Both the position numbers and the translations under genes were made by a program. A DNA stretch of 64,000 nucleotides from an uncultured delta proteobacterium (GTDB lineage Bacteria > Myxococcota > UBA727 > VGSZ01): positions 576,001 to 640,000 of the forward strand of contig CAVZJB010000003.1 in the NCBI GenBank assembly GCA_963775425.1, given 5' to 3'. How positions within the stretch are numbered: position 1 is the stretch's first letter; each line of letters opens with the position of its first letter. Below, one piece after another: positions 41,855 to 53,918 of this stretch. The notes under the pieces are model-generated. The model saw only the letters and a program-made list of their open reading frames with translations. It did no database searches and was not told where the DNA came from.

Positions 41855-43210
41855 CTACGACGGGATGGGCGCGAGCTTGTCGGGGCGGACGGGGGGAAAG
41901 AGCGTGCCCGCCGCGACGAACGGGGCGAGGCCGTCGGCGAGCGTGGTGCCGACGCGGCGGACGACGTCGATGAGGGCGTCGTTCAAGCGGCCGACGCTGC
42001 GGTCGACGTACAGGAGCGCCTCGGGCCGGGAGCCCACCAGGAGCGGCATCACGGCGAACGACGTCGGCGGCTCCTCGCCGAGGTGGCGCCACAGGATGCG
42101 CTCGATGGTGCTCGGGTCCGCGGCGTCCCCGAGGGCGACGCGCCGGTTGGACACCGCGCGCCCGAACGCCGACGGCGCCGTGAGCGGCAGGAGCACGTCG
42201 CGGATGGAGTCGCGCCCCAAAGACGGCGTGCGACCGTCCCAGCCGACGGCGACGTTGCCGCGCACGAGGAACAACACCGCGCAGCGCAGCGGCGGCACGA
42301 GCAGGCGCAGCACCTGCGGCGGCAAGGAGTCGCGCGCCTCGAGCGCCGAGCCCGGCGGCAGCGCGCGCCGGATCGCCTCGAGCGCGGCGTCGTCGACGAG
42401 CGCCGCGGGCGCGTGCGCGGGGCTCGTGTCGGTGACCGTGGGGGCGTCGTCGAGGGCGGGGTGGGTGGCGTCTTTGACGGTGTCCGGCGCCCGCGGGCGG
42501 CGGAGCGCGAGCAGCGTGGTGGGCTGCTCCTCCTCCTCGTAGACGGGGTCGCCCTCGCCGCTGGCGGTGTGCACCGCGCGCGCGAGCGGGGACTCGTGCG
42601 GGTCGGCGAGGTTCTCGGGCGCCCCGAAGATGCGACGGGGGATGTCCGGCGACGGCGCCGGCAGGCAATCGTCGTCCTCGCCGCTGTTGGGCGGATCGGT
42701 GAACCCCGCGGCGCCCCCGGGCGCGCCCGACGCGCGCCCCTCGAGGGAGTGTCGTGCGAGGAAGCCGCCGTCCGGCGTGACCATGGGAACCGAGTAGCTC
42801 TCGCTGAGCGCCTGAAAGAGCGCCCGCGGGCGCGCGGCCCTCGGCTCGACGGCGAGGCCGCAGAAGAACGAGAGCTTCTCGATGGCGTCGGTGTCCGAAG
42901 GGTCGAGCATGGCGACGACGAGGCGCGAGCGCTCTACGCGGAGCGGCACCGCGCGGTGCCGCTCGGCCACCGGCCGCGTGAGGGCCCCGAGCGCCGCCGG
43001 CGGGGGCCGCCGTGCGACGAGGTCCGCGGTTGCATCGGTGGCGCCGAGCGACACGAAGACCTCGCAGAGCTGCGCGTCGGAGACGACGCCGCTGCGGTAC
43101 AGCCGCTCGGCGAGCCCGGCGGACTTGTACGACGCCCACTTCTCGAGGGCCTCGAGGTCGTCGGCGGCGACGAGACCTCGCTCGAGCACGGCATGTCGCA
43201 GGGCGCTCAC
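41855..43210 (-). CDS. GspE/PilB N-terminal (T2SSE_N/MshEN-like) domain protein with C-terminal GAF-like domain, no ATPase
   Basis: AERHRAVPL...LVVAMLDPSD..AIEKLSF..G..V; C-terminal AVLFLVRG..AVGW...P.LVG.R...LLYVD. Confidence 0.75.
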   Translation of the reverse strand: MSALRHAVLERGLVAADDLEALEKWASYKSAGLAERLYRSGVVSDAQLCEVFVSLGATDATADLVARRPPPAALGALTRPVAERHRAVPLRVERSRLVVAMLDPSDTDAIEKLSFFCGLAVEPRAARPRALFQALSESYSVPMVTPDGGFLARHSLEGRASGAPGGAAGFTDPPNSGEDDDCLPAPSPDIPRRIFGAPENLADPHESPLARAVHTASGEGDPVYEEEEQPTTLLALRRPRAPDTVKDATHPALDDAPTVTDTSPAHAPAALVDDAALEAIRRALPPGSALEARDSLPPQVLRLLVPPLRCAVLFLVRGNVAVGWDGRTPSLGRDSIRDVLLPLTAPSAFGRAVSNRRVALGDAADPSTIERILWRHLGEEPPTSFAVMPLLVGSRPEALLYVDRSVGRLNDALIDVVRRVGTTLADGLAPFVAAGTLFPPVRPDKLAPIPS

Positions 43211-43274
43211 GGCTCCGTGTTACCTCCATCGGGACCGCCTTGGCGAGACGCGCGCGGCACACCATGCTCCGTCC

Positions 43275-44447
43275 GTGACCGCCGCCGCCCTCCTCGCCAC
43301 CGCCGACGCCCGCGCCGCGGGCTTCGCCGTGGCGCCGGCGGCCGACCCCCGGCGGGTGGTGGTCGCCATGTCCGGCGGCGTGGACTCGTCGGTGGCGGCG
43401 TGGCTGTTGAAGGCCGCGGGCCACGACGTCGTCGGCGTGAGCCTGCGCCTGGCGCCCGACGGCCCGGGAGACGGGCCGGCGCGCTCGGGCCGTTGCTGCT
43501 CCGTGGACGACATGACGGACGCGCGGCGCGTGGCCGGCGCCCTCGGCATCCCGTTTCACGCGATCGACGCGCGCGAGCGCTTTCGCGCAGCCGTGTTCGA
43601 GCCCTTCGTCGAGGCCTGGCACCGCGGCGAGACGCCCATCCCGTGCCTCGCGTGCAACCACGAGGTGAAGCTCGGCGACCTCCTCGGCACCGCCCGCGAC
43701 CTCGGCGCCGCCCTCGCCACCGGCCACTACGTCCGCGTCGTCGAGGGACGCCTGCTGCGCCCCGCCGACGCCGACCGCGATCAGACCTACTACCTCTACG
43801 GCACGCCCCACGACGTCATCGACGAGCTGCTCTTTCCGCTCGGCGACCTCGACAAGCCCCTGGTGCGCGCGCTCGCCAAGCGCGCGGGCCTCCCCGTGTT
43901 CGACAAGCCCGACAGCCAGGAGATCTGCTTCGTACCCGACGGCGACACCGCCGGCGTCGTCGAGCGCGCGGGCGGCGCCGGCGCCGCGGGCGAGCTCGTG
44001 CACATCGACGGACGGCGCCTCAAGCGGCACGGCGGCGTGCATCGCTTCACCGTCGGCCAGCGCCGGGGCACCGGCGTGTCGTCGCCCGCCGAGGGCGAGC
44101 GCCTCTACGTGGTCGACGTCGACGGCGCCAGCGGCACCGTCACCATGGGCCCGCGCGAGGCGCTCGCCGTCACCCGCGTGAAGGCCGCGCCGCTCCGGCT
44201 GTGCGCGCCGCTTGGGTCGTGGCCCGAGCTGGTCGACGTGCAGGTGCGCGCGCGGGCGGTCCCGCAGCGGGCGCGCTGGGCGCTGGTCGACGGAGCGCTC
44301 GAGCTCCGCTTCGAGGAGCCGGTGCACGCGGTGGCGCTCGGGCAGGCCGCCGTCTGCTACCACGGCGACGTGCTCCTCGGCGGCGGCCTCCTCGTGGAGC
44401 GGTGCGACGGCGCCCGCCCGCGCGCGGTCGTCGCGGCGGGCGGCTGA
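43275..44447 (+). CDS. mnmA: tRNA 2-thiouridylase
   Basis: AMSGGVDSSVAA, TPIPCLACN, ATGHY, DQTYYL, DSQEICF, TVGQRRG, GQAAV.Y. Confidence 0.95.
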   Translation: MTAAALLATADARAAGFAVAPAADPRRVVVAMSGGVDSSVAAWLLKAAGHDVVGVSLRLAPDGPGDGPARSGRCCSVDDMTDARRVAGALGIPFHAIDARERFRAAVFEPFVEAWHRGETPIPCLACNHEVKLGDLLGTARDLGAALATGHYVRVVEGRLLRPADADRDQTYYLYGTPHDVIDELLFPLGDLDKPLVRALAKRAGLPVFDKPDSQEICFVPDGDTAGVVERAGGAGAAGELVHIDGRRLKRHGGVHRFTVGQRRGTGVSSPAEGERLYVVDVDGASGTVTMGPREALAVTRVKAAPLRLCAPLGSWPELVDVQVRARAVPQRARWALVDGALELRFEEPVHAVALGQAAVCYHGDVLLGGGLLVERCDGARPRAVVAAGG

Positions 44448-44452
44448 AGCGC

Positions 44453-45007
44453 TCAGGGGTCTGCGGGGTCGCGCTCCTTCGGCGGCGAGGTCGCGCGGGG
44501 CGAGACCACCTTCGCCGGCGGCGGGGGGCGCACGCAGAGCGCCGCCGCGTCGGCGATGCGCACGGTCTCTCCCCGCAGCGTCACCAGGCGCGCGCGGCGC
44601 TTGCCCATCATGTTGAAGGGGCCGGCCTCCACCTCGACGTGCTGGATGAAGGCGCAGTCGCCGACGCTCTTCATGTCGTCGCGGGCGTGTTTCAGCGCGA
44701 CAGCCTCCTGGTCGTCGAAGGGCAGCGCGAGGTACGCCCAGCAGGCGCCGCCGTAGAAGGCGGCGGTGGCGAGGCAGGCGATGAACAGCGGCGCGAGGTC
44801 GAAGGTCTCGGTGGCGTCGTAGTTGTAGTGCCGGTGGCCGGTGTCGGTTTCGACGATGACGTCGCCACGAGTGCGCACCTGCAGCGTCACGCACCCCGCG
44901 CCGCCGGCGACGACGACGACCACGGCGACAGCGACGGCGCCGGCGACGGACGCCGCGCCGCGAGCGCCCGGCGGCTTCGGGGACACAAGACGGCGAGCGC
45001 GTGTCAT
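44453..45007 (-). CDS. Putative lipoprotein
   Basis: Hydrophobic run + GAGC; second hydrophobic segment. Confidence 0.6.
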   Translation of the reverse strand: MTRARRLVSPKPPGARGAASVAGAVAVAVVVVVAGGAGCVTLQVRTRGDVIVETDTGHRHYNYDATETFDLAPLFIACLATAAFYGGACWAYLALPFDDQEAVALKHARDDMKSVGDCAFIQHVEVEAGPFNMMGKRRARLVTLRGETVRIADAAALCVRPPPPAKVVSPRATSPPKERDPADP

Positions 45008-45134
45008 CCGGCCTCCGCCGCCATGCTGCCACCTCGCCGGGGCGGCGACACCCACCTCTCACGGCACGGGCGAGCGCGGCGGCGATGTGACCGCCGACAT
45101 CGGCGGCGCCCCCCGGGCCGCGCTATGCGAGGCG

Positions 45135-46356
45135 ATGCCCCGCCCGCTCCCCTCCACCGCCGCCCTCGTGTTTGCCCTCCTCCTCGGTGGGTGCGACCCG
45201 CTCGGCTTCTGGGACGACGCCCCTGTCACCACCGGCGACCGCGGCGCTTCCGAGGGTGAGGGCGAGGGCGACGCCGGCGAGGGCGAGGGCGAGGGCGACG
45301 ACGCGCTCCCGCCCTGCTGCGACCTCGAGCAGATCGACGCGCCCCCGGGCGCGCTCAGCTTCCGCGTGAACGGCGCGGGGATCGCGTCGCTGCTCGTCGA
45401 GGATCCCTTCGTGCAAGTCGGCGCCCCGCGCCGGCTGCTCTATGAAACGGACGCGGGCTCGAGCTTCGCCGAGGAGGTCGTGCGTCCTGACGTGGGCGCC
45501 ACATCCACGGGCTTCTTCCTCGCCCTCGACGCCTCCGGGCGCCCGGTGCTCGTCACGCGAACGGACTCCGATGTGCAGGTGGCGGTGCGCCACGGCCCGC
45601 GCGACTGGCAGGGGGACACGGCGTTTTCCGCCACGGGCACGCCCTTCGTCAGCCGCGTCGCCGCGGTGGCCAACAAGACCGGCGGCTTTGCGCTGTTCGT
45701 CGAGACCGAGCTCATCACCGATCCTGGCGAGGCCGGCTGTACGTCGTCCTTCGAGATCTGCCGCAGCTACGGCCTGAAGCTCGTCGAGGGTGACGTCGGC
45801 GCGTGGTCCACCACGCCGGTGGCGTCGGACCTCGACGGCGTCACCTGGATCGACGCCGGCGCCGGCGACGACGGCGAGCCCGTGCTCGCCTGGGACGCGG
45901 GACAACAGAATCTTCATGGCCACGCGCGGCCCCGACGGCGACTTCATCGCGCAGCCCGTGGCCAACGCCCTGTCGCTGTGGCAGCTCGCGGTGGCGCCCG
46001 ACGGCTCCGGCCACGTCGTCGGCCGGGCCGGCGGCGGCGCCTTCGAGCACGTCGCGCTCACGGACGTCGGCCTCGTCAGCGAGACCCTCCCGGACATCCG
46101 CGGGTACCTCGACATCGGCGGCCTCACGGTCGACGCACAGGACACCTTGCACATCGTCACGGTCGAGGCCGTCGACAGCCAGGCGGTGGTCCACTACACG
46201 CGCGTCCGCGGCGAGCTCCACGACGAGACCGACGTCGCCACCGTCGAGATCGACCCCAACACCACCTTCGTCGGCGCCACCGTGGCGCTCGCCAGCGACG
46301 GCCCGCACTTCGTGGTCGGCGGCGGCGACACCGCGCTGTATCTGCGCCCGCGCTGA
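45135..46356 (+). CDS. Lipoprotein with GE linker and beta-rich repeats, apparent +1 frameshift at about 45900-45910
   Basis: LLLGGC lipobox; EGEGEG linker; protein-like sequence continues in the 45790..46356 frame (IFMATRGPDG...LAVAPDGSGHV...VDAQDTLHIV). Confidence 0.7.
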
Positions 46357-46377
46357 CTCAGGCTGCGAGCCGGCAGC

Positions 46378-48150
46378 TCACACCACGTCGCAGAGCAAGG
46401 TGCGCGCGGGATCCCAGGTGATGCTCTTCACGGGGAAGCCGGCGTCGACGCTGAGCTTCTTTCCCGGCTGTACGACGACGTCCTTGGTCTCCCCGTGCGC
46501 GCCCTCGAGGCGGACGGGGAGGGACAGCGGACCGGAGGATGCGGCCGCGCTCGTCAGGAGGTCGGCGTTTGTGCCGTTGGCCTTCAGCAGCAGCTCGGCG
46601 TGCGACCCGCTCACCAGTGAGGCGTCCTCGAACGTCGGGATGGCCTCGAGCTTCTTCCACGCCGCAAAGAACGGCGCGAGCTCGAGCTTGCGCTCGCTCC
46701 TGGCGTAGGCGATGAAGTCGTCGGTGGTGACGGCGTCGCCGTGCTCGCGCTGGAACCAGGCGCGCAACAGCGCGTCCATCTCGCGCGTGCCGATGCGGCA
46801 CTCGAGCATTCGGAGCATCCACGCGCCCTGCATGTACGGGACCCAGGAGAGGCCCTCCTGGGGGTCCGTCGACGACGGCTCGTCGAGCGGCTGCGTGATG
46901 CCCTCGTCGAGCTGCGCGCGCAGCTCGTCCTTGGCGCCGTCGAGGTAGCGGTAGAAGGCTTCGTCGCCGTCCTTGTGCTGGAAGAAGCGCCAGGTGGCGT
47001 AGTTGGTGAAACCCTCGCTCATCCACAGCTCGCCCCAGTGGGCGATGCGCACGCTGTCGCCGAACCACATGTGCGCGGTCTCGTGGACGCACGCCTCGAG
47101 CGTGTCGTGCTTGGACTGCCCGACGGCGATGGCGATGGCGCCGGCGTGCTCCATGCCGCCGTACTCCGACTTGATCTCGATGATGTTCATCGTCTTGCCG
47201 AAGCGGTAGGCGCCGAATTTCCTGGAGAACCACGCCATGGCCGCCGCCGTGGTCTCGCGCATCTCCTTGCGCGTCGCCGCGGGGATGCGCGCACCGAGGC
47301 CGACGGTGCGCGCCTCGTAGCCGTCGACGACGGCGCTTTGCATGTCGGCGAGCTTGCCGGCGGTGAAGGCGATGGCGTAGGCGGGCACGGGCTTGTCGAG
47401 GTGAAAGCTGCCGTCCGCGCGCGCCGCGCCCGCCGCGACGGCGCGCTCGCCGGCCTTGACGTGCACGGTGACGCGCGCGGTGGCGCCGTCGTCGGGATGA
47501 GACGTGGACGGGAAGAGCGCGCCGGTGTTGTACGGCCAGGTGAGCGTCCACATGCGGCCCGCGTAGCGGTCGCGGATGAGGCCGTAGCCGTCGACGTCGT
47601 CGGTGGGCTTGACGTGGTAGCGCACGTCGAGCTCCTTGACGCCGTCCGCCTCGACGAAGAGCCGGCCGTCCCGGGCCTCGAACGGCACCGGCTTTCCGGC
47701 GGCGCGGACCTCGTCGATGGTGAGGCGGTCGGGATCCACCTCGAGGATGCACCGCTGCTGCGACGGCGCCTCGAGCGCGATCCGGGCCCGCGCGGGGAAC
47801 GAGGGCCCGTCCTTGGAGAAGTCGAAGCTCAGGTCGTAGCTCTTCACGCGGACGTTCGGGACCGGCACCGCGTGCGCGAGCGCCTTCTCGAGCGCCGCGG
47901 GCAAGCGCTTCGCGGGCACCCCGAGCAGGCGGCACAGCGCCCGGCGCGCGGGGTCGACCTCGTTTTCGTCGAGGATGCGGTCATGCTTGACGAGCGCGAG
48001 GACGTCGTTGGCGGCGCTCTTCTCGCGGGCGTCGCGCAGGGCGGCGGCCGCTCTCTCGAGGGCGTCGACGTCGGCCTGGGCGAGCCGACCGCTCCGGGAC
48101 AGCGCGCGTTCGAACGCTTTGTGGAATTCGCGCGCCTTGATCGAGGGCAC
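46378..48150 (-). CDS. M1-family zinc aminopeptidase with N-terminal helical extension
   Basis: GGMEH, VHETAHMWFG...WMSEGFTNY, VPYMQG. Confidence 0.92.
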   Translation of the reverse strand: MPSIKAREFHKAFERALSRSGRLAQADVDALERAAAALRDAREKSAANDVLALVKHDRILDENEVDPARRALCRLLGVPAKRLPAALEKALAHAVPVPNVRVKSYDLSFDFSKDGPSFPARARIALEAPSQQRCILEVDPDRLTIDEVRAAGKPVPFEARDGRLFVEADGVKELDVRYHVKPTDDVDGYGLIRDRYAGRMWTLTWPYNTGALFPSTSHPDDGATARVTVHVKAGERAVAAGAARADGSFHLDKPVPAYAIAFTAGKLADMQSAVVDGYEARTVGLGARIPAATRKEMRETTAAAMAWFSRKFGAYRFGKTMNIIEIKSEYGGMEHAGAIAIAVGQSKHDTLEACVHETAHMWFGDSVRIAHWGELWMSEGFTNYATWRFFQHKDGDEAFYRYLDGAKDELRAQLDEGITQPLDEPSSTDPQEGLSWVPYMQGAWMLRMLECRIGTREMDALLRAWFQREHGDAVTTDDFIAYARSERKLELAPFFAAWKKLEAIPTFEDASLVSGSHAELLLKANGTNADLLTSAAASSGPLSLPVRLEGAHGETKDVVVQPGKKLSVDAGFPVKSITWDPARTLLCDVV

Positions 48151-48369
48151 GTCGTGAGCGTAGCCCGCTCCCGGCGACCGAGGAAGGGCATACCCGGCGC
48201 AGGCGTCGGGCTCGTGGGCGGAGCTTGACCGGGCAAGCCGCCGGGCAAGGCCGGCTGAAGGAAGCCGTTGCCCGAGATGCGCGCGCTGTCCCATGACGTC
48301 ACCGGCCGCGCCTTTCGCGGCGTATCGCGGCGACGACCTCGTCGTCGCGCAGGCGCGCTGGCGTGACGG

Positions 48370-49998
48370 TCAACGCCGCCGGCGGCGCACGGCGAACGCG
48401 AGGAGCGCGAGCAGGTTGAGCGCGCCGCCGCCGGCCGCGCCGCAGGACGGGGCGGGCGTGGGCACGGGGGTCGCCCCGGCGCCGCCGCCGCCGTTCGCGC
48501 CGTCGCCACCGCCGCCGTTGGCGCCGTCGCCGCCGCCGCCGTTGGCGCCACCGTTGGCGCCGTCGCCGCCGCCGCCGTTGGCGCCGTCGCCGCCGCCACC
48601 GTTCGCCCCGTCGCCGCTCCCGCCGCCGCCCGCGCCGTCGTCGGCGGCGCCGCATTGCGCGCCCGTCGCCGTGGCGTGGCAGCCGTCGGCGCCGCAGTCG
48701 GTCTCGGCGTACGCCCCGAGCGCGCACGATCCGAGCGTGTCGGCGTCCTTGCAGAAGCTGCCGTCTTCGGCGCCGCCGAGGTTGGACCAGCACATGTAGT
48801 GCACGCAGTGCGCGGCGCCGCCCTCCTCGGAGCACTTGGCGCCGTACACGCCGCAGTCACCCTCGTCGTACACACCGAGCGCGCAACTGCCGATCTTGGT
48901 GTCGTCGACGCAGAAGCTGCCGTCCTCGCCGCCGTCGAGGTGCGACCAGCACATGTAGTGCACGCAGTGGCCCTGGCCGCCCTCCTCGGAGCACTTGGCG
49001 CCGTACGCGCCACAGTCGCCTTCGCTGAGCTGTCCGAGCTGGCACGTGTCGAGGAGCGTGTCGCCGTTGCAGAAGGTGCCGTCCTCGGCCCCGAGGTGGA
49101 TGGTGCAATACGGATGCACGCAGTGCGGGTGGCCGCCCTCCGTCGAGCAGGTCGCGCCGAAGAAGCCGCAGTCGCCGCTGCCGAGGTGGCCCGTGTTGTC
49201 GCAGGCGGTGACGACGCTGCCGTTGCACCCGCCCGTGTTCGGGTTCGCGACGCACTGCGGGTCCGCACGCAGCGCGCGCAGTTGATCGAGCGAGCCGTTG
49301 AACAGATCGGTGTCGACGACGGCGGGGATGCCGCCGACCTGCCCGTTGTCACTCGTCTGCCAGAAGGCCCAGTCGCCCCACTGGGCGGCGATGTCCGGGC
49401 ACGACGGCCCCCACTGCGCGATCCACAGCGGATACGCGCTCTCGTTGGAGCCGACGTTGTCCTGCCAGAAGTACTTGCCGGTGTAGATCGCGGGCCTCAC
49501 GCCCGTGCGCTGCTCCACCACCGACAGCCACGTCGCCACCCGCTGCTGGTACGTGCCCGCGCCCACGCCGTCGGTGACCTCGACGTCGATCACCGGCGGC
49601 AGCTCGCCCGGCCCGCCGTTCGCCATCAGGACGTCGGCGAAGTGGTTCGCCTCCGCGGCCGCGTCGTCCTCGGGTCGGAAGAACTGATACGCGCCGCGCA
49701 ACACCCCTGCGGCGCCGGCGCCGTTCCAGTTCTGGACGAACTTCGGGTCGTTGTAGAAGCCGTCGCCGACGCGGATGACGGCGAACTGCACGCCGCTCGC
49801 GTGCGCCGCGCCCCAGTCGATGTTCCCCTGGAACTCGGAGACGTCGACGCCGAACGTGGTCGCGCCGTGGGCGCACACCGTGGCCGCCTGCTCGTCGATC
49901 GAGGCCGCCGTGCCGACGTCGAGGGGCGCGCCGCAGCCGGCGGCGGCGAGCGCGGCGGCACAGCAGAGGCTACGAGCGAGGGCGTGTGGTGTCGTCAT
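48370..49998 (-). CDS. GH25 lysozyme/muramidase with Cys-rich repeats, Gly-rich stalk and MYXO-CTERM
   Basis: GVDVSEFQG.IDW, RGAYQF, PPVIDVE, LWIAQW, FWQ, VDTDLF; C-terminus SCGAAGGGALNLLALLAFAVRRRRR. Confidence 0.9.
   Translation of the reverse strand: MTTPHALARSLCCAAALAAAGCGAPLDVGTAASIDEQAATVCAHGATTFGVDVSEFQGNIDWGAAHASGVQFAVIRVGDGFYNDPKFVQNWNGAGAAGVLRGAYQFFRPEDDAAAEANHFADVLMANGGPGELPPVIDVEVTDGVGAGTYQQRVATWLSVVEQRTGVRPAIYTGKYFWQDNVGSNESAYPLWIAQWGPSCPDIAAQWGDWAFWQTSDNGQVGGIPAVVDTDLFNGSLDQLRALRADPQCVANPNTGGCNGSVVTACDNTGHLGSGDCGFFGATCSTEGGHPHCVHPYCTIHLGAEDGTFCNGDTLLDTCQLGQLSEGDCGAYGAKCSEEGGQGHCVHYMCWSHLDGGEDGSFCVDDTKIGSCALGVYDEGDCGVYGAKCSEEGGAAHCVHYMCWSNLGGAEDGSFCKDADTLGSCALGAYAETDCGADGCHATATGAQCGAADDGAGGGGSGDGANGGGGDGANGGGGDGANGGANGGGGDGANGGGGDGANGGGGAGATPVPTPAPSCGAAGGGALNLLALLAFAVRRRRR
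48478..48640 (-). repeat. GGGGDGAN peptide repeats (stalk)
   Basis: Imperfect 24-bp units. Confidence 0.8.
48695..49190 (-). repeat. About three 53-aa (159-bp) Cys-rich repeats
   Basis: CACATGTAGTGCACGCAGTG at 48791 and 48950; unit GDCGxYGAKCSEEGGxxHCVHYMCW...EDGSFC. Confidence 0.85.
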
Positions 49999-50088
49999 GG
50001 GACGTACTTATCCGTGACCGGGTGGTCATGAATCCGATCGAGGTCGACGGGCGGTTGACCGACGTCGGAAGGCGGGTGAGCAACCGCC

Positions 50089-52283
<2,195 letters not shown>

Positions 52284-52287
<4 letters not shown>

Positions 52288-53834
52288 AGCTCGGCATCGA
52301 CTTCGGCACCACGCGCACGCTCGTCGCCGCGGTGGATCGCGGCAACTATCCGGTGGTCACGTTCCTCGATCTCGACGGCGACGGCCACGAGCACTTCCCG
52401 TCGGTGGTCGCGGAGCAGGGCGGCGCGCTCGTGTACGGCTTCGACGCGCTCGCGGCGGCCGCCGGCGGCGCGCCGCTGTTGCGTTCGTTCAAGCGCGTGC
52501 TCGCGGCGCCGGGCGTGAACGGCGCGGAGCTCGTGCGCGTCGGCGCCGTCGAGGTCGCCCTCCTCGACCTGCTGACGGGCTTCCTCGGCGCGCTGCGCGA
52601 GGCGCTCCTTCAGCGCTCGAACCTCCCCAAGGGGCCGTTCGCCCGCGCGCGCGCCTCGACGCTCCTCGACGCCGTCGTCGCCGTGCCGGCGCACGCGCAC
52701 GGCGCGCAGCGCTTCCTGACGCTCGAGGCCTTCAAGCGCGCGGGCTTCGACGTCAAGGCGATGATCAACGAGCCCTCGGCCGCGGGCTTCGAGTTCACGC
52801 ATCGCCAGCCGCGCACGCTGACCGCGCGCCGCACGCGCGTGGTCGTCTACGACCTCGGCGGCGGCACCTTCGACGCGTCGCTCGTCAAGGTCGACGGCGT
52901 CCGCCACGACGTCCTCGCCACCGCCGGCCTCAACCGCCTCGGCGGAGACGACTTCGACCGCGTCCTCGCCGACCGCGCCCTCGCCGCGCTCAATCCGCCC
53001 CGCGCCCTCGACGACCTCGACGCGCGCGCGCGCGGGGAGCTCCTCGAGGCGTGCCGCGAGGCCAAGGAGCGCATCACCCCGCAGGCGCGTCGCATCGCCC
53101 TCGAGCTGCCGGCCAATCCTTCGCTGGGGGACAGGTCCGTCAGCGTCGACGTCGGCGTCGATGCCTTCTACGCGGCCGTGGCGCCGCTCGTGGAGCGCAC
53201 CATCGCGGCGATGGCGCCGGTGCTCGGCCAGCTCGACGCGGGCGAGGGCGAGGACCCGCTCGCCGAGATCGCCGGCATCTACCTCGTGGGCGGGGCGAGC
53301 GGCCTCCCGTTGGTGCCCCGCCTGTTGAAGGAGCGCTTCGGCCGGCGCGTGCACCGCTCGCCGCACCCGGCGGCGTCGACGGCCATCGGCCTGGCCATCG
53401 CCGCCGACGAAGAAGCGGGGTTCGCGTTGGCCGACCGGCTGTCGCGGAGCTTCGGCGTGTTCCGTGAGAGCGACGAGGGCAGGGCGGTCGCGTTCGACCC
53501 CATCTTCGTCAACGACACCGCGCTGCCCGTGGAGGGCGCCGTCGTCGTCAGCCGGCGCTATCGCGCTGCGCACAATGTAGGGCACTTCCGCTTCGTCGAG
53601 TGCACCGGCGTCGAGGGCGGCGAGCCGCGGGGCGACCTCGTGCCGTTTGCCGAGGTGCTGTTCCCCTTCGACCCCGCGCTGCGCGGTGGAGACCTCAAGG
53701 GCGTCGCCGTCGAGCGCCGCGGCGACGGGCCGGAGATCGAGGAGCGCTACGTCATCGATCCGCACGGCCTCGTGGAGGTGCAGATCGCCGACGTCGACAG
53801 CGGCTACTGCCAGACGCACCGCATCGGCGGATGA
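52284..53834 (+). CDS. Hsp70-family protein (atypical, not DnaK)
   Basis: GTGA overlap; LGIDFGTT, INEPSAA, YDLGGGTFD, LGGDDFD, LVGGAS. Confidence 0.9.
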
Positions 53835-53918
53835 GGCGCAAATCGTGCGGTCGCCGGGTGCCTCGCTTTTCGCGCGCTCGCCCGACGTGCGCTAAGGTCA
53901 CGACGGCTTGGAGCACCT

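Noticed and set aside
48180-48280. c-di-GMP (GEMM) riboswitch
   Set aside because: Only superficial GGCA.../GTTGCC similarity on the non-coding strand. The GNRA tetraloop/receptor and GCAAA/GGAAA junction are missing.
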